From NCBI GenBank assembly GCA_036336835.1, contig JAYZFK010000083.1:1-28082 (forward strand): a stretch of 28,082 nucleotides of DNA, written 5' to 3'. Source of the stretch: Myxococcota bacterium (lineage in GTDB: Bacteria; Myxococcota_A; UBA9160; UBA4427). The notes under the pieces were generated by a model. That model was given only the letters and a program-made list of their open reading frames with translations. It searched no databases and was not told the origin of the DNA. Within the stretch, counting starts at the first letter, position 1, and every line of letters starts with the position of its first letter. Shown here one piece after another: positions 25,920-28,082 of the stretch. The translations under genes and the position numbers were made by a program.

Positions 25920-26287
25920 CAGTCGAAGATCTGGAGGATCGAGCTACTCGCACCGCTCGCCGAGAAAGGGGTGGTGTAGATGGGGAACAACGACGCGATC
26001 GCGAGCAGCGCCACGATCGCGAACGGCACCGACCGCGGGAGCCAGCGCGCCCCGAGCCGGGCGAGCCCGTAGAGCCCGACCGTCCAGCCCAGGGCCTGGC
26101 CCAGGAACAGCAAGGTAAACAGCTGGGACAGTCTGTCGGGGTCCTGGAGGGTCACGCCGGCCACCAGAGAGCCCAGCAGCAGCAGCCGCAGGACGGGAAC
26201 GAAACCGCTCTCGACGCCGAAGAAGGGGACGGGCAGGAAGACCAGCAGACCGAGCCACAGCAGGCGTCGGACGCTCTTCGCGCTCAC
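25919..26287 (-). CDS. Hypothetical small membrane protein (about 4 TM), 122 aa
   Basis: Four hydrophobic stretches. Its TGA overlaps the ATG of DUF3604 (TGATG) and it fills the gap between neighbours. Confidence 0.75.
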   Translation of the reverse strand: MSAKSVRRLLWLGLLVFLPVPFFGVESGFVPVLRLLLLGSLVAGVTLQDPDRLSQLFTLLFLGQALGWTVGLYGLARLGARWLPRSVPFAIVALLAIASLFPIYTTPFSASGASSSILQIFD

Positions 26288-26313
26288 GTCGAGCGACCTC
26301 CCGGAACTCGGGC

Positions 26314-28082
26314 TCAGAACAGGATCTGGCCGCCGGCCCGCCAGGTGAGGTCCGCGGTGAGTCCGTCATTCTGATTGATGGGCCTGATGAAGTCGAAGTA
26401 CAAGACGGCGCCCGGCGCCGGGACCAGCTTGACACCCCCGCCGTACTCGTAGCGACGCGCAACAGCCGTGCCGAAGGGCACGCGCCCCATCTGCTCGAAC
26501 GACAAGCTCAGCCAGTCGAACATCAGCCACTCGAACCCGAACACCCACTCCGTCGCATCCTGCCAATCGGGACCGGTACTGATCTCGAGGCCCACATTCA
26601 TATGCGGCCGCACCGGACCCCACGCCCAGGTGGTCACGAGGTAGTTCGAGGTGCTCAGGGCGCCCGAGCCCTGGAAGTCCTCCTGCTTGCCGGACGGCGG
26701 CCGAACCTCGGAGACCCACGAGAGATCGGGTACCAGGCCGGCTCCCTCGATCGCGTGCCACTTCGCGCGGAACCGGATGTCGCCGAGGCCGATCGCCTTC
26801 CCATCCTTCGAGTCGACGATCCCCTGGAACGGGTTCGCACGCAAGCCCTGGGCGGGAATCGCGGGCACGCCCAGGGAGGGATCACCCGCAATCGTGGGCT
26901 GGCCCTGGCCCGGGCACTCCTTGCCGGACGAACCAGGCACATTCGTCAAGCTGACTATGGTTCTGCCGTCTCTGCAGAAAGAGTGAATGCGTCGACTGTG
27001 AAGTACCCCCCAGACGCCGTTTTCCTGAAACGGATCCTGGCTTGGGTCATACACGGGAAAGCCGTTACCCCCTTGAGGAAACAGCGCCGGGTTCGAAAAG
27101 CTGAAATCGAGGCCCGGCTCGCGGAGGTCGATCGCGGGATCGTTCGGATCCGCCTGCGAAACCGCGTTCGCATATGCTCTGAGCTCCATGGCCGTCTGCA
27201 CGATCGGAACCGCGATCGAGACGTCGAAGTTGTTGGTGACCCCGTACTCGAAGTAGAAGTCGAGATGGGACTGGTCGAGAGAGACGTCGACATCGACGAT
27301 GATGAAGTCCGTCTCCTGGCCGGTCAGCACCCCGTCCGGTTCGCCACCGTTGATTCCAGGTCGGCCGACGTCCTTGTGGTCGATCCTGAAGTCGAGCGAA
27401 TCGAGCTTCCGGCCGTTCAATCGCGTCCAGCTGGTCGACTGGTAGCTAAATCCAAACGCAAGGCGGCCCTTCCCCATGGTCTGCGCTCGCTCGGCCAGCA
27501 TGGGACCGAGCGCGTGATCGGCGACCGTCAGGCTGTCCTCTTCCGTGTCGTAGACCCAGGACGCGAGGAACGGGCGAAGCCGAGTGGGCGTCGTCTGCCG
27601 CCCGATTTCGAGTCCCAGATTCGTGAACTGCGTCACCGACGACTCCGTGAAGTCGTCGAACTGCAACCATTGGTACTTTCTCTCGGTTGACGCGGGGTGG
27701 GCGTCGTATTGAGGAATACCTACGCGTGCCGGTGGATCACCTGGAAAATAATTTCCCCGTACGATGCGCCCGGTCGGCGGTTGGGCAGGGTTTGCGATCC
27801 TAGGCGAGAGGGGGTCATCCCTTTTTTGATTGAAGAACTGGTCGCGCCCGTTGAAGCTAGGAAGTACGGGGCCGCCTGGTCTATTCGGGTCGGATGCATC
27901 GCCCAAGGTGTTGAAGGGATACGGCACATCGCAGCAGAAACGCTCCGGTGTCGGCAGCTGGATACCGGCGCGCTCATCCTTCGTGAAGAACAGCAAGGAG
28001 GGGAGGTCGATCAGATTGCCGGCCTGTCCGGGCGACGCAAGGCCGAGAGCCAGGAGCAGGAATGCGAACCCTCTGCACTGCC
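26314..28082 (-). CDS. Outer-membrane beta-barrel / transporter-like protein (Phenol_MetA_deg-like), 5'-truncated by the window edge
   Basis: Frame stays open past the track start to the edge and reads ...QCRGFAFLLLALGLASPGQA|GNLIDL (signal peptide). ERAQTMGKGRLAFGFSYQ, GLGDIRFRAKW, PSGKQEDFQGSG, amphipathic strands and a C-terminal Phe (WRAGGQILF). Confidence 0.75.
   Translation of the reverse strand, partial: QCRGFAFLLLALGLASPGQAGNLIDLPSLLFFTKDERAGIQLPTPERFCCDVPYPFNTLGDASDPNRPGGPVLPSFNGRDQFFNQKRDDPLSPRIANPAQPPTGRIVRGNYFPGDPPARVGIPQYDAHPASTERKYQWLQFDDFTESSVTQFTNLGLEIGRQTTPTRLRPFLASWVYDTEEDSLTVADHALGPMLAERAQTMGKGRLAFGFSYQSTSWTRLNGRKLDSLDFRIDHKDVGRPGINGGEPDGVLTGQETDFIIVDVDVSLDQSHLDFYFEYGVTNNFDVSIAVPIVQTAMELRAYANAVSQADPNDPAIDLREPGLDFSFSNPALFPQGGNGFPVYDPSQDPFQENGVWGVLHSRRIHSFCRDGRTIVSLTNVPGSSGKECPGQGQPTIAGDPSLGVPAIPAQGLRANPFQGIVDSKDGKAIGLGDIRFRAKWHAIEGAGLVPDLSWVSEVRPPSGKQEDFQGSGALSTSNYLVTTWAWGPVRPHMNVGLEISTGPDWQDATEWVFGFEWLMFDWLSLSFEQMGRVPFGTAVARRYEYGGGVKLVPAPGAVLYFDFIRPINQNDGLTADLTWRAGGQILF

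Noticed and set aside
1..28082. CRISPR arrays, transposases, integrases, prophage or defence genes
   Set aside because: No regularly spaced repeats and no such protein motifs were seen; only two-copy and three-copy short repeats.

Overview
High-GC bacterial chromosomal window. Gene content resembles Myxococcota/deltaproteobacterial genomes, but taxonomy is inference only. No rRNA, tRNA, CRISPR array or mobile element was seen. From left to right: (1) the upstream end of a minus-strand secondary-metabolite/lipid cluster: flavin-dependent halogenase-like enzyme, standalone condensation/acyltransferase-like HxxxDG protein, FAD oxidoreductase, adenylate-forming ligase, COG4648-like membrane protein and an ACP running off the left edge, with a divergent phytoene-desaturase-family gene; (2) SET-domain, TPR, WrbA-like flavodoxin and RluA-family genes; (3) a Leptospira-type citramalate synthase (cimA) preceded by an unannotated Thr/Ile leader peptide with a complete protector/antiterminator/terminator attenuator, and followed by two uncharacterised helical lipoproteins; (4) an M28-fold lipoprotein that lacks several catalytic residues, glcDEF, and a TPR-zincin fusion; (5) an SDR and a minus-strand run of outer-membrane beta-barrel, small membrane protein, DUF3604 and an F420-type LLM oxidoreductase. 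Five first genes of transcription units have a TAnnnT -10 box 6-8 nt before the start codon and no Shine-Dalgarno (9 nt for the cimA leader peptide), which suggests common leaderless translation. All family calls come from motif recognition by eye; no database searches were run.
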